A stretch of 64,000 bases of DNA from contig JAQGDQ010000433.1 of assembly GCA_030141605.1 (NCBI GenBank), positions 134,126 through 198,125 on the forward strand. The letters are read 5' to 3'. This document shows positions 13,364 through 25,513 of this stretch, one piece after another; position 1 is the stretch's first letter; each line of letters opens with the position of its first letter. The position numbers were made by a program, and so were the translations under genes. This DNA comes from Tubiluchus corallicola. Lineage: Eukaryota; Animalia; Priapulida. The notes beneath the pieces were generated by a model, which was not told the DNA's origin, did no database searches, and worked only from the letters and a program-made list of their open reading frames with translations.

Positions 13364-13775
13364 AGTAAGCCTTTTCACAGTTCCAGGGATTGATGATGAT
13401 CGTGAAAAGGTCAAAGGTTAAGTATACCACACAACGCATTCGTGTATGCTTGACAAGGCCTCGTTCTATTGTAATACTAATAGTTTTAACAGCTAGCTAG
13501 AGCTTTACCTAAAGTTCATTTTTCTTGTTCCCAATCAAATTGCTCCCTGCTACTAAATCATTCTGCCCACAAACTAATGCATAATATGAGCTTATTTTAA
13601 GTGGATTGAGAATGCATAATTAAATAAAGTTCACATAAAACAACTAAAGTTGCTTAACTGATGTGATAGACGGCTTTGCTTTATGCACATGTCACGTGAC
13701 GGTTGTTGCTAAGAGGTATTGCTGTGCTACACTTAACCTTTGACTTACAGCAAAAAAACTGTGAAAAGGCTTATT
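13364..13775 (-). mobile_element. MITE family B
   Basis: agtaagccttttcacagtt ... aactgtgaaaaggcttatt; internal sequence is the reverse complement of other copies. Confidence 0.75.
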
Positions 13776-13963
13776 CTTCTTGCTCTCCACAAATGCCTTT
13801 CATCTAGATGGATGTCCCATAGATAGCTGTATATAAGAACTGACTATTTAAACACAATACAAACGGATAAAATTCTTATAAATAAAATGAAAAAACGACA
13901 AAGGTCAAAAACCTGTCACGAGAGAGTTTGTTACACAATGGTCTCTTGATCGGTGCCCGTGTG

Positions 13964-15740
13964 CTACACAATGGTCTCTTGATCGGTGCCCGTGTGCATT
14001 TTACTATGACCTTCAGCAGCTAGTGATGCTGCACACGACGAATGCACGCTGCTATCACTTCCGGAACTATCCTTTTTACACAAATTTTCCTTCTGCACTT
14101 TATGATGAGTCAGACATTCTTGTTGTTTCTTGGGAAACAGGTCAGAATGATGCGAGACCGCTGATGTTTCACTGGAACGTCCCGATTCGAGAGAGGCACA
14201 GCTACTTGAATGGGGAGCCAAGGAGGGGGCTTCGTCTTCTCTTTCCTGTGAGAACCTTTTCTCCTCAGTTCTGTCTTTCACGGGGAAATCATGGCTCTGG
14301 CTTTTGGAAGATAATGGCGACTCGCAGGCACTACTTTTATCTTGTTTTAGTTCGTGTTTGACTAAGCCACCAGGATAAAGATAAGCGAGTGGAGAACCGG
14401 GACTAGCACTAGAAGTGGTATCACTGCTGCTACTGCTATCACTTTTGTACAAACCAACCTTGACCGCTGCCGGTATTTTGGCTCTTGCACGGTGAGGCGA
14501 ACCGTGTCTGTTAGCGGGATCTTCGGGATTTTCTAACTTAGAATGGATGGGTTTAATGTGCTTGTCGTGTTTGGTTTGAAGGAGGCGTTCAACGCTAGGT
14601 CTCTGCTGAAGCGCGCAAACAGCCGATTGTCCCAAAGATCCTGTCGTGTGGCTTCGCTTGTACGGGGAACCTTGCTTGCTGCTGTGAGACTGTATGGCAA
14701 ATAACTGGGGCAGTGAATCTTGTTTTTCTTTCAAACTCTTCTCATGCTTGATAGCTGTTGGACGAGGACTGTGCTTCTTTTTCTCTTCTGCAGTTTGTAG
14801 CAGTCTTTCTACTGGAATTGTTGACATGGACAATGACGGATCACCATGCGTGTCATTCATACGAAGCCGCCTTTCATACAATGGTGATGTAAATTTCACA
14901 TCCCTGGGATCCGTTGGTACAGGAAGCTCGGGTTTGTCTGGAAAAATAGAGAATTTTTCACTCTCAAATGCCGGCACAGTTGGTTCTGGTAATTTTGAAC
15001 GTACCTGACATGCTTCATTTGTTTTTGTGCTCTCTGGCTCTGGCGCAGAAGTCTTTAGAAGTGCAGGATCGCTTGTTATTGCATCGGGTGCACTGAGTTT
15101 TCTGATCAGATCGGCAGATGGAGCCAGTAGATGAGAAACACTTGATGTCTTCAAACCGTCTAAGCTTGCTCTGTCTTCCCGCGTGCGATCTACCTCGTGG
15201 ATAAACTGCTTTCGATAACTCATCGTGGTTCTTGGGAGGGCTTTCTCTCCCTTTATGTAACGCTGCAATAATTGTTCCCGCATTCGGCAAGACCTTGCGT
15301 CAAAATCCCATATTGTCCGAGGCTTTCCGCGAGCAGCGCCACCTTCACTTTCCGACAAGGACCTGTCTCGAGCCAGTTTCGCTTCACGGGCAGCTTTTGC
15401 CATTTCTGTTGATTCGGCTTGGTACGCTTCACCGGGATCGGAGCATTTTCGCAGGTTTCGTAAATTCTCTAGAGAATCGCTGGAACCGTAGGGGCTCAGA
15501 TAGTCCATTTTTGGTCCAAAGAGTTTTTCTGCAGAACCTGGCAGATTTTCATCGCACCTCTGAACACCTTTGTGCTCCTGAGAAAACGTCTTCGCCTCAA
15601 CTGACCATAATGGCGGATGAAGAAGAGTTGGACTTGGGCCGCGCGAGCCAAATCCGTATCCATAGTCACTTATCGGAGATGGCTGAGGTGACAGAGCGTC
15701 TGTGCTGCTGCTACCCGAGTCCCAGTCTGTGTTATCTGAG
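13964..15740 (-). CDS. ARHGAP6: ARHGAP6-like RhoGAP, terminal exon (Ser-rich tail, ends ETIV*)
   Basis: Acceptor TTTTTAG at 15742-15741, phase 2 matching the upstream exon; long open frame; C-terminal class I PDZ-type motif. Confidence 0.85.
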
Positions 15741-16302
15741 CTAAAAACCACAAAAGTTTGGACGTTAAATTTTGCTCAAATTTGCCTGCTTTACATAAAC
15801 TTGCCATATGTTATCGATCATTTTACTTCGGGTTACTTTACTAATGTGAACAATGCTGACAAATATTTGTTTTTGGTAGGGAGCAAAGATCTAGAAATAC
15901 TAACAATTGTTTGTAATGTAATAGATAAATGTTTTGTAAATAGGGGAGGAAGCTATAGAATTTTGTATTTATAAAATTGGATTGTTAGCATTGTTATCAA
16001 TTGTAGTGTGTTGAATGTGTATGTGACGTTGATGACATACGTCAGTACTTCATGTTGTTTTTTGTCTTTTTGTTTGGTAATGTGCTACGTACCGCTTTGT
16101 ACCTATATCTGTTTTGTCTCTAATTAATGACCGTATAAATTTGTTAACGTACTTTCACCCAATAAATTATAAATTATAGTCGAAACGTTTGTCATGATTT
16201 TAACTTTTAACTGTTTAAAGCAAAAATTTTAATAAAGTTGTGTTACTTTTTAAGTAAAAGAGTTACAGTATGTATTTTGAGACAATCGATAAAAAGGCTT
16301 AC

Positions 16303-16400
16303 TCAAGACACCGTGATCGTTTATTGAGCAGGTGATCAACTGCATCCGCATCCTGTTCTAGCATATATCTCAGCGTCTCATCATGCAGATCTCCAGGCAC
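16303..16400 (-). CDS. ARHGAP6: RhoGAP exon (VPGDLHDETLRYMLEQDADAVDHLLNKR...)
   Basis: AG/GTAAG boundaries, 98 nt, phase 0 to 2; resembles the post-GAP segment of the ARHGAP6 family. Confidence 0.88.
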
Positions 16401-16483
16401 CTAAACACAGTTAAAGAGTCTCAATAAAAATCAATAAACTTGTACTCCCAAAATGTAACACTTCCGCAGGAAATGAAATGTTC

Positions 16484-16539
16484 TCATCGTTATCGTCATC
16501 GTTATCGTTATCGTCCTCGTCATCGTCGTCATCGTCATT

Positions 16540-16586
<47 letters not shown>
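16484..16586. repeat. (CAT)n/(CGT)n microsatellite
   Basis: Direct observation. Confidence 0.9.
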
Positions 16587-17006
16587 TCAATGAATCATAC
16601 GTTCATGGACATTATTCTGTTCAATTCCCCATGCCCCAAGTGTTTTTATCACTAAGTATCAATGCTGAAGTGTTTAAATCTTCAGTGCAAAAATATGTTA
16701 ACATTTGTTCTCCAGCAGGCTTTCTGACTGGTTCTATGGCTTGTTGAAGAGCTATGTTTGTTGAAGAGCTATCTTCACTGGATTATCATCAGGTAGTCTA
16801 AGCATATATCCAATCCATCTTCTGTCCAAGGTTCTTTTTTTATTTTTCATATAGATCTTTATTTTTGAAACATGTTATTTCTCAACAGGAATGTGACAAA
16901 ATGTAAGGAGATTTTGCGCCAGACTAAACTTAGCTTATACAGCTCGTAGCAAATGCCTAAAATCATCTGAAAAAACCGTAAATCTGGCACGAACTGCTCA
17001 CCGTAC

Positions 17007-17189
17007 CTCAAATATTAGTCTGTAGTTTTCTATGACTGTTTCTACGACACTTATGACGTCAGCGCTGTCTTCTGCCATGGCGCCACTGTCTACGTGGAAT
17101 GTTTTCTCCACTGGGCTCTTTGATTTGTGCAGAATGCTTGGTCCTATGACTGTCGCAAGGTTTCGTACATTCATTCTATTGCCAGGAAC
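17007..17189 (-). CDS. ARHGAP6: RhoGAP exon (VPGNRMNVRNLATVIGPSIL...VIENYRLIFE)
   Basis: Conserved N-x-M-xxx-NLA-xx-GP-x-L RhoGAP motif; 183 nt, phase 0 to 0. Confidence 0.92.
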
Positions 17190-17556
17190 CTGAAACAGGT
17201 TGTAAGCAGTTCATTGTCTATTGAATTGTCAGAACTGATTGTCAGACATGACGGAGTACATTAGCACGCTATAATTTATTTAGCAAGAAATTTTCCATTA
17301 GTTCCTCGCGTTTGCCTTGTCATTGTATTATCTTACTACGTCTAATCAGCTTGATTTTACAGCGGATATTTGACGTTTTTCCTCGTGGGATTTGTCTTAT
17401 TTCGTTAAAACGCAAAAGTGCTAGTTTGCTTGCAATATGAGCTGATGGCAACTGTCATGGCGAACCTTCCCGTGAACAACAGATGCTGTATTATGTCACT
17501 TTGCAACGACGCAACGGTTCACCTAGATATGTCAGTACAGTTGTTAACTAATGTAT

Positions 17557-17720
17557 CATTTTGTTACGTTAATGTTAGGTAATTAATACGCCATTTTGTT
17601 ACGTTAATGTTACTTAATTAATATGCCATTTTGTTACGTTAATTAATTAATGTGCCATTTTGTTACGCTAATGCTAATTAATTAATGTGACATTTTGTTA
17701 CGTTGATGTTAATTAATCAA
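17557..17720. repeat. ~35-bp minisatellite, ~5 copies
   Basis: Unit cattttgttacgttaatgtta..taattaat repeated. Confidence 0.85.
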
Positions 17721-17929
17721 TAAGTTTATTTGTTTAATGAATATTCTTACTGCATTTTACATGGTGATCAAATGAATTTTACAAGTAAAAGACCATCAAA
17801 GTTACCAAAAAACCAATTCATGAAATATATACGACCATGGCACATTAATTGATAAAGAGTGCAAAAAATACGACAAAAAAGGAAAAATAATAAAAACACC
17901 AAAAATTTAGCAAAATTTTAATCGTGTAA

Positions 17930-17963
17930 CTTACTGCTACTACTGCTACTGCTATTGCTGCTG

Positions 17964-18027
<64 letters not shown>

Positions 18028-18030
18028 TTT

Positions 18031-18129
<99 letters not shown>

Positions 18130-18186
18130 CACTACTACTACTACTACCACTACTACTACTACTACTACTATTATTATTATTATTAT
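17930..18186. repeat. (CTA)n microsatellite
   Basis: Direct observation. Confidence 0.95.
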
Positions 18187-18639
18187 TTTCCTTTAGTTAA
18201 CTTTATTCTTTAATTCAGCACGCAGCAGAGTCTTAATCATAAAAATTTAACAATTACTAAAAAACTAATTATAAAAGCATAAACTTACAATTTATAGAAA
18301 AAATAAAAAGATAATGACTTAAAATATTTACTAAAATAATAAACATTAAAATTACATTCCATTGTGCAAAAATTTTGGTGGCATATAGAAACATAACTAT
18401 GTTAAATTACTTGTTTTAATAAACCATTACAAGAGTTTAAAACACATCTAAGATTATAATTTATTTTATGCAAGATAACTATAAAATGATTAATATCATT
18501 TTCTAGCAGTAGTAGTGGCAGTATGCATATAATATTACAGCATAAACAAAATGTTTTTTATATACTCTACCCTGCAAAAAAGGGAAAAATCCAATCAATT
18601 TGCCAATTTGATAAAAATTGTGTGAAGCAGGAGTTAGCT

Positions 18640-19095
18640 GCATTGTACTGCTTTGTTTTTATTGTGCTGCATTCTATTGTATTGTTTTTATTGTACTGTG
18701 TTGTACTGTATTTTTTATTGTACTATATTTTATTGTTTTGTTTTTATTGTACTGCATAGTAATGTATTGTATTGTGTTGTGTTGTGTTGTGTTGTATTGT
18801 ATTGTATTGTATTGTATTGTATTGTATTGTATTGTATTGTATTGTATTGTATTGTATTGTATTGTATTGTATTGTATTGTAGTGTAGTGTAGTGTAGTGT
18901 AGTGTAGTGTAGTGTAGTGTAGTGTAGTGTAGTGTAGTGTAGTGTAGTGTAGTGTAGTGTAGTGTATTGTATTGTATTGTATTGTATTGTATTGTATTGT
19001 ATTGTATTGTATTGTATTGTATTGTATTGTATTGTATTGTATTGTATGGTATGGTATTGTATTGTTTTTTATTGTATTGCTTTGTACTGTATTGT
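18640..19095. repeat. (ATTGT)n-(AGTGT)n-(ATTGT)n compound pentamer
   Basis: Direct observation. Confidence 0.95.
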
Positions 19096-19208
19096 ATTAA
19101 ATTGCACTGTCAGTCAAAACTAGAGTCCTAACTAAACGTTCTTAAGACAGTTGATGAATTTTAACTTGTTAATTTATCAATGACGCCTTGGCACTCTTTA
19201 ATACTCAC

Positions 19209-19360
19209 CTCTTCCCCATCTTTTGTGATGTAATCTCCTGCGTAATCAGCTACCTTGTGTAAGAAACACAACAAAGCCCAGAGGGTATCACGATGAGCAA
19301 CGGGCAATAATTGTACAAGATACTGCAGCATCCTCAGCTTCTCTCCCAGATTCTCTTTTT
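19209..19360 (-). CDS. ARHGAP6: RhoGAP exon (KENLGEKLRMLQYLVQLLPVAHRDTLWALLCFL...DGEE)
   Basis: LLP..RDTL..LL.FL motif; CCAG acceptor, GTGAGT donor; 152 nt, phase 1 to 0. Confidence 0.92.
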
Positions 19361-19439
19361 CTGGTAAAAAATGCTCATCCTTCATACTTTATATTTGTTA
19401 GTGCCATCGAACAGGTACGTGCAACAGAATACAAAATTA

Positions 19440-19818
19440 AGTTTTGTTGTGCGCACGCGCATTTGCTATAAGTCAAAGGTTAAGTGTACCACAACAACGC
19501 GTGTTAACGAGAAGCGTCACGTGACGCTTGTAAAGCGAAGCTGTTTGCCGTATCAGTTCAGTAACATCTGTTGTTTTACGTGGACTTTACTTAACTAAAC
19601 AATTAATCTGTACGTACAGGGATTTACTAACAGGATCTTGCTTAGAAACAAGAAACAATGAACTAGGTAACGTTCTTGCTAGCTGTTAAAACTGTTACTA
19701 TTACAAAAACGTTGGCTGCGAGGCATTGTCAATTGTACACAAATGTGTTGTCTGTTACACTTAACCTTTGACCTTTTCACGATGATCATCAATCGTTGTA
19801 ACTGTGAAAAGGCTTATT
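19440..19818 (+). mobile_element. MITE family B
   Basis: Colinear with 1072-1443; ends actgtgaaaaggcttatt. Confidence 0.75.
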
Positions 19819-20684
19819 ACTAAACGTACAGAGTATAAACTACGTAGAAGCAACAAACATAAGTAGTAAGTTATGAAAAAAAGAAACAGTTCTGTAACAA
19901 TTATAATGCAACATCATGGCTGTATTTTTACTTACGATTTTCTGCGTCTTATTAGTAACTAAAACAGAGACTAATATATTCAGGAATAGCCGAGGGCTTT
20001 ATTAATAGATTAAATCACCGCCAGAAGACGTTTCCTCGACCTAGTTACTGACTGGGTTCAATGCTGCTTAACTTCGATGGTTAAACACACACCGTGATCT
20101 CTGCATTATTCTTCTCGTATGAGTTAGATAAAATATCTCAGCTATTAAGGTCAAACTAGGGTTACGAAACTCACAGCCTGGGTAGCCATGGGGGCACACG
20201 GGCAATAGTGTGTTCATCTCTGACGTCTGGTCAAGGGGGAAGAAGAGCATCGGTCAGTTTTTTCTTTAAGTCTTATCTCCTCCTGGGGCTGTCGGTTTTT
20301 TCTATTCTTTTCCACAAGCATCTGTGTATTGTAGGGTAGATGTGCACCTGGGGTTAGGCGGGCTAGCTTTAAAAGTCCGAGGAAGGGGCCAAAATGCACA
20401 ATTGGGGGTACCCACATTCGGTGACATTTTAGATGCCGAGGGCCAGGGACAAGGGCCAGGGTGCACTCTCTGGGCAAAGGGAACTGTTTGTTTGCGACCC
20501 GAAAAAGTCGGTCTTCATTTATTTTTCTTTATGGAGCCGTAATTTTTGGTATGTGGTTAGGTGTGGGTGCGTCCTTGTGCATAACTAAATATGGACGTCA
20601 GGATTTGAGTTTTGTAGTCACAGGCGTTGCCATAGTAACGGTTAAAATTAGAATAATTATATAACAAAATAAATAATTATTTAC

Positions 20685-20891
20685 TTGCAACTGAGATGAA
20701 CGAGCTGTAAAGTTCTCGAGTCAGTAGTGAATCTGGCAGATCGCGGAAGAACTCCTTTAATAGCGCAGCGACATCGTGCGGGCTAGTTTGTTCTGAAAGC
20801 CTAACAAAACGCCCAGCGTCGAAATCTTCTCTTAGCTGCCTAGTACGTCTGACCGAGTTGCCAACTCGAAAGATTCCCACTGTTGTCAAAC
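20685..20891 (-). CDS. ARHGAP6: RhoGAP exon with arginine finger (GIFRVG...[19 protein letters not shown])
   Basis: Canonical RhoGAP motifs; 207 nt, phase 1 to 1; TTTACAG acceptor and GTAAAT donor. Confidence 0.95.
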
Positions 20892-20954
20892 CTGTAAATT
20901 AAAAAAATTTTGTTGAGTGTTTCTAGTGATTACTTGGTACATTATAAACACTAT

Positions 20955-21170
20955 ATTCCAAAATATGCTATAACATAATTTGCAAAACTGAGAATCAGCT
21001 CTCATACTTTGTATAATGAAAGAGGAAGTACGTTAAACCTAGAAAAATTCCGACTAAGAATCGTATACTCGTATTGTTTAAGAAATGAAATCGAAGACGA
21101 ATTACAGTTTGTTATAAAATGCTCATATTACAATGATCTTAGAGGAAAATTATATAATCACGTCAATGTA
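20955..21170 (+). mobile_element. LINE ORF2 C-terminal fragment (CR1/L2 group)
   Basis: KLRISSHTL.NERG...EIEDEL..VIKCSYYNDLR; second copy at 31952-32148. Confidence 0.65.
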
Positions 21171-21548
21171 ATTATACTATAATCATTAGTAAAGATTTAG
21201 AAGTAATTAAGGCATTTATTGATTATGTTGAAAAATAAGACATGATGAACAATATACTATGTAATGATCATATTATCGAAAATGAGGTCTGATGAATGAC
21301 AATTTATTTTAAATATTAATCATTAAACTTTTCATCTAAATAACTAACCGGAAAATTTAATATAATTTGTTTTATCTTTAATTGTTTTGCTGGTCTGCAG
21401 TGTCACTTGTATTTCAAAATTGAAATTGTATGTATGTCCTGTTTTTTCTTGTATTGCGTGTATTTTTGGCACTAATAAATACGAATATGATAATTGAAAA
21501 CCTGAACATAGTAGCAAACTTGTTTATCATAGCACAAACCCTACATCA

Positions 21549-22138
21549 ATAAAGGAAAACCGGATTCAGTCTTAAACTATAGCTCAAAACAATCTATCTG
21601 ATCTACGAAATATTGAAAGGGAAAATATTGTTTTTAAGAATGACTTACGTGAAAGAATTATTACAGTAGAAGCGTAATTTCGCGTTTGCGCAGTTAGTCC
21701 TTCACTGTTATATGCATTTCGCCATTCGCTTGTCAGATGAGCCCTGTAACTCTCGGATAACGCGTTGCACTAAAAACAGGGGCTGCACATCTTATGAGTT
21801 CATTTGTGATGTGGCGCACACATTCGAGAGCTCATGCTTGGTAAACCTGAGATTAAGATTTTCAAATTCAAAATTTGCAGAGATTTAGTGTTTCACACTG
21901 AATGTTATACAGTAGCACAGTACTTGAATTTCCGCTTCCGCAAACACGTGCAACACGGTCGTGGAATGTTTGTGTTATTGAAAACTATGTTCATTTGTGA
22001 TGTAATCAATAACTGATCTCCCGGCAGTTAATTAGGTTTTTAACTTATTTCAGAAACACTTTGGCATTATTATAGGTGCTAAAATTTACTTTCTACGATA
22101 CTGGGTAGGACGTGAAAAATCATCCTGTTTTCCTTTAA
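21549..22138 (-). mobile_element. Family A TTAA element, diverged
   Basis: aaaggaaaaccggattcagtc ... catcctgttttcctttaa. Confidence 0.7.
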
Positions 22139-22144
22139 CAGTAT

Positions 22145-22652
22145 CAGTGTTGGCTCGTGTATGGGTACTGCAGCACCCCCATTCAATACTATCTATAATA
22201 TACATTATAATAAGTCTTTTCTCTTTAGTTCTTTCTTTATACTTGTAGGGAACCAGAGCACGTGAGGGTAGCATTGTTTGCTTCACAGCCTAGCACAGTG
22301 GCGCTCCAACAACGCGGTGTTTGTCTGTTATGCGCATGCAGCCACTGCGCACATATCAACTCGGGTAAAGAAAGTACTGTCGCTCACACAGTCTGTTTTC
22401 AGTTGTCATGTGTTCACCGTGCTTGAATCAAGCTTGAACTGCGACAATTTAGGCTATTAGTAAATAAAAAATATTTTTTCGTTTAGGATTTTATCAAGTA
22501 TATTTATAAACCTTCCTATGTTTTGTTTGTTTGAAATTACAAGTTACAACATTAAAATTACCCAAGTTTGGTTCGTTTTACACAGTATTAAAACAATGGC
22601 TAAAATTTTCTGAAGCAGCACCCCCGCTAATTTTAGCTACGACCTGCCACTG
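22145..22652. mobile_element. hAT-like MITE
   Basis: CAGTG...CACTG termini with an 8-bp TSD aacagtat/aacagttt (7 of 8 match). Confidence 0.7.
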
Positions 22653-22961
22653 AACAGTTTGATTGTGTGAGACTATTAATGTTTTGAAAACGTTAATCAT
22701 TTAGGCTTGTTAGTCACTGCAATAAACGCATAAGTTATTATAGCTTGCAAATCTAATAAGAGTCCAAGAACAAAATTAATCTTTAGAAAACAAAGTCAAA
22801 TAAAGACTTAGAAGATGCTTAGCAATAAAGGATTGTACAAAGTGGTACCATATGTAAGTGCCATCAATGATAATGTGTACAGGTGAAGCGGACGTTAATA
22901 CTTTCTTTGCAAGGCAAAAGAGAAAGCTCTTTGTACTTTGAAAATATATAGAAAAATATGG

Positions 22962-23504
22962 TTACAGGAAAACAGGACAATTGTGTAAATATTAGTTCAA
23001 AGTAAAGTATGTTCTAAAATATTGAAAACTACAACAGTTTTTTTAAATCAAAGTTTAGATAATAATTATCTCGGATAGTTAAATTTTGTTGAACTTTCAA
23101 AGCTACACGTTGCTCAGTGAATTCACTAAGACTGGCAATAGCGCCTTTTTGTCACATGGCCGACAAATAGGCGTGGTACCGTGATAAGCATGACCGTGAA
23201 CAGTGTCCGTCTGTGGCGTTAGTGTGACGTAGGCTCATTTTCGTGACATCACATCAGCGTCTTATAGCAATGTTCGTTTACGCAAACGGGCTTGACGTGC
23301 AGAGAAGGCGCCTACCATGGCACAAACTGTGTGGTTAGTTTGTGACGTAAGCGATAGCTGTGTTCGGTTGTCGTTAATTAACTATCCAAGGTAATCATTC
23401 AAATATTAGAAACAATTGCTAACTTTTATAGGAACGAAAATGTATACTTTGGACAGTAAATTAAAATGAGATTGAGTCTAATCAATCGTTCCGTTTTCCT
23501 TTAA
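22962..23504 (+). mobile_element. TTAA element family C, third copy
   Basis: Colinear with 11172-11723; ends gttttcctttaa. Confidence 0.75.
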
Positions 23505-24702
23505 CATGTTAGCACTGTTATAAGAGGCAATTTTCACCGTAGAATCTTTAGATTGTAACCACCCACTGAATGTCCTCCTATCTCGTGATGGTAGATCAGT
23601 GGAAATATTCTAAAATTGTCTTTTATTCCTTTTTAAGACATTTTGATTGTCATAAGGTGCTTGCAAACCAAAACCGTCCATTGTCGGCATATTAAAACTA
23701 CGTTATTATGCTTCAAAATAGAATGCACCAAAATTTGGTCAAATGTCAATTTTTCGATTTTTACAAAAACAAACGCTAAATATGTTGGACTTTTATATTT
23801 TAGCATCATTTATAAAGAAAATGTTTAAAAAATACAAAGAATTTAATTTTATAACCTCACACCCAGTTTTCTGGCAAGAGACTAGTAATAACTCGTAACT
23901 GCAATAACTTGTATTTTCAAACTCTAACATGTTGCTTCGGTTTTTTCTGTTGCCAAGCCCAGATCTTCGTCAAGAAGAGCCATCTACTGAACTTAAACAT
24001 AACCTCAATGTGTTTTTGCAATGTCCATAGCAACCAACATTTACGCAGTTGTTAAGTGCTTTGTAGAGACGCGACAAAAAACAATGGCTATCATTAACAG
24101 TGATTTTCTCAAGGTTATGTTTTCCAGTGTGTAGCCTGCACCTCAACTTCAACATCGATTATTTCAGCTTAGAAATAACATAGAGTGATGAACTTGGTAT
24201 CAAAATGGTCATTATGAAATGGAGATTCAGGATATGGGAATAACTAGAAAAGCTTAAATGCCGACTTACGGATGATTTTGCTATGCTATGCTTATTTTCA
24301 TTGAAACATCATTCGCGTAGTCTATTTTATGCTTTCATAAGAACAGCTCGTAAGATAAATTTGATTTCTGGAAATTTCTTAGCGCTCGTTTCAACCTTTG
24401 TTTATTGTAGCTATTAAAGCAACAATATTGGGCGGCTTCATAATAAATTTAGCGCGGAAATACAAGAATGAACGCGTTTTTGTCCGCCATTGCGTTGACA
24501 ATGCATTTTTATTAACGCAATATCTCGGCGTGGATGAGTAACGTGTTACTGCAAAATACAGAGAAGCTATATTATTGTTTAAATTCGCCAGTATGATGAT
24601 GGCGTTGCAATAAAATCTAGAACTTCAGAGCAAGTGCAAGTATAAGATAGGAACTAACAAAGACATAATCGGTAAAGAGTTAACAGCTCATATCGTTTAT
24701 CG

Positions 24703-25513
24703 TTCTCTCTTCTCTTCTCTTCTCTTCTCTTCTCTTCTCTTCTCTTCTCTTCTCTTCTCTTCTCTTCTCTTCTCTTCTCTTCTCTTCTCTTCTCTTCTCT
24801 TCTCTTCTCTTCTCTTCTCTTCTCTTCTCTTCTCTTCTCTTCTCCTCTCTTCTCTTTTCTGCTCTCTTCTCTTCTTCTCTTCTCTTCTATTCTCTTCTCT
24901 TCTCGCCTCTTCTCTTCTCTTCTCCTCTCCTTTTCTCTCCTCTCTTCTCTTCTCTCCCCCTCTCCTCTCTTTTCTCTTCTCTTCTCTTCTCTCTCTTCTC
25001 GTCTCTTCTCGTCTCCTCTCTTCTCTTCTCTTCTCTTCTCTTCTCTTCTCTTCTCTTCTCTTCTCTTCTCTTCTCTTCTCTTCTCTTCTCTTCTCTTCTC
25101 TTCTCTTCTCTTCTCTTCTCTTCTCTTCTCTTCTCTTCTCTTCTCTTCTCTTCTCTTCTCTTCTCTTCTCTTCTCTTCTCTTCTCTTCTCTTCTCTTCTC
25201 TTCTCTTTTCTTCTCTTCTCCTCTTCTCTTCTCTCTTCCCTTTTCTTCTCTTCTCTTCTCTTCTCTTCTCTTCTCTTCTCTTCTCTTCTCTTCTCTTCTC
25301 TTCTCTTCTCTTCTCTTCTCTTCTCTTCTCTTCTCTTCTCTTCTCTTCTCTCCTCTCCTCTCCTCTCCTCTCCTCTCCTCTCCTCTCCTCTCCTCTCCAT
25401 CCATCCATCCATCCATCCATCCATGCATCCATCCATCCATCCATCCATCCATCCATCCATCCATCCATCCATACACCTACCCACAAAGCCAAATTCATTC
25501 ATTCATTCATTCA
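24703..25513. repeat. (TCTTC)n polypyrimidine tract followed by (CCAT)n and (TTCA)n
   Basis: Direct observation. Confidence 0.95.

Noticed and set aside
14023-15974. Plus-strand ORFs overlapping the RhoGAP terminal exon (likewise over the TRP and LRR genes)
   Set aside because: Antisense shadows of real coding sequence with no recognisable motifs.
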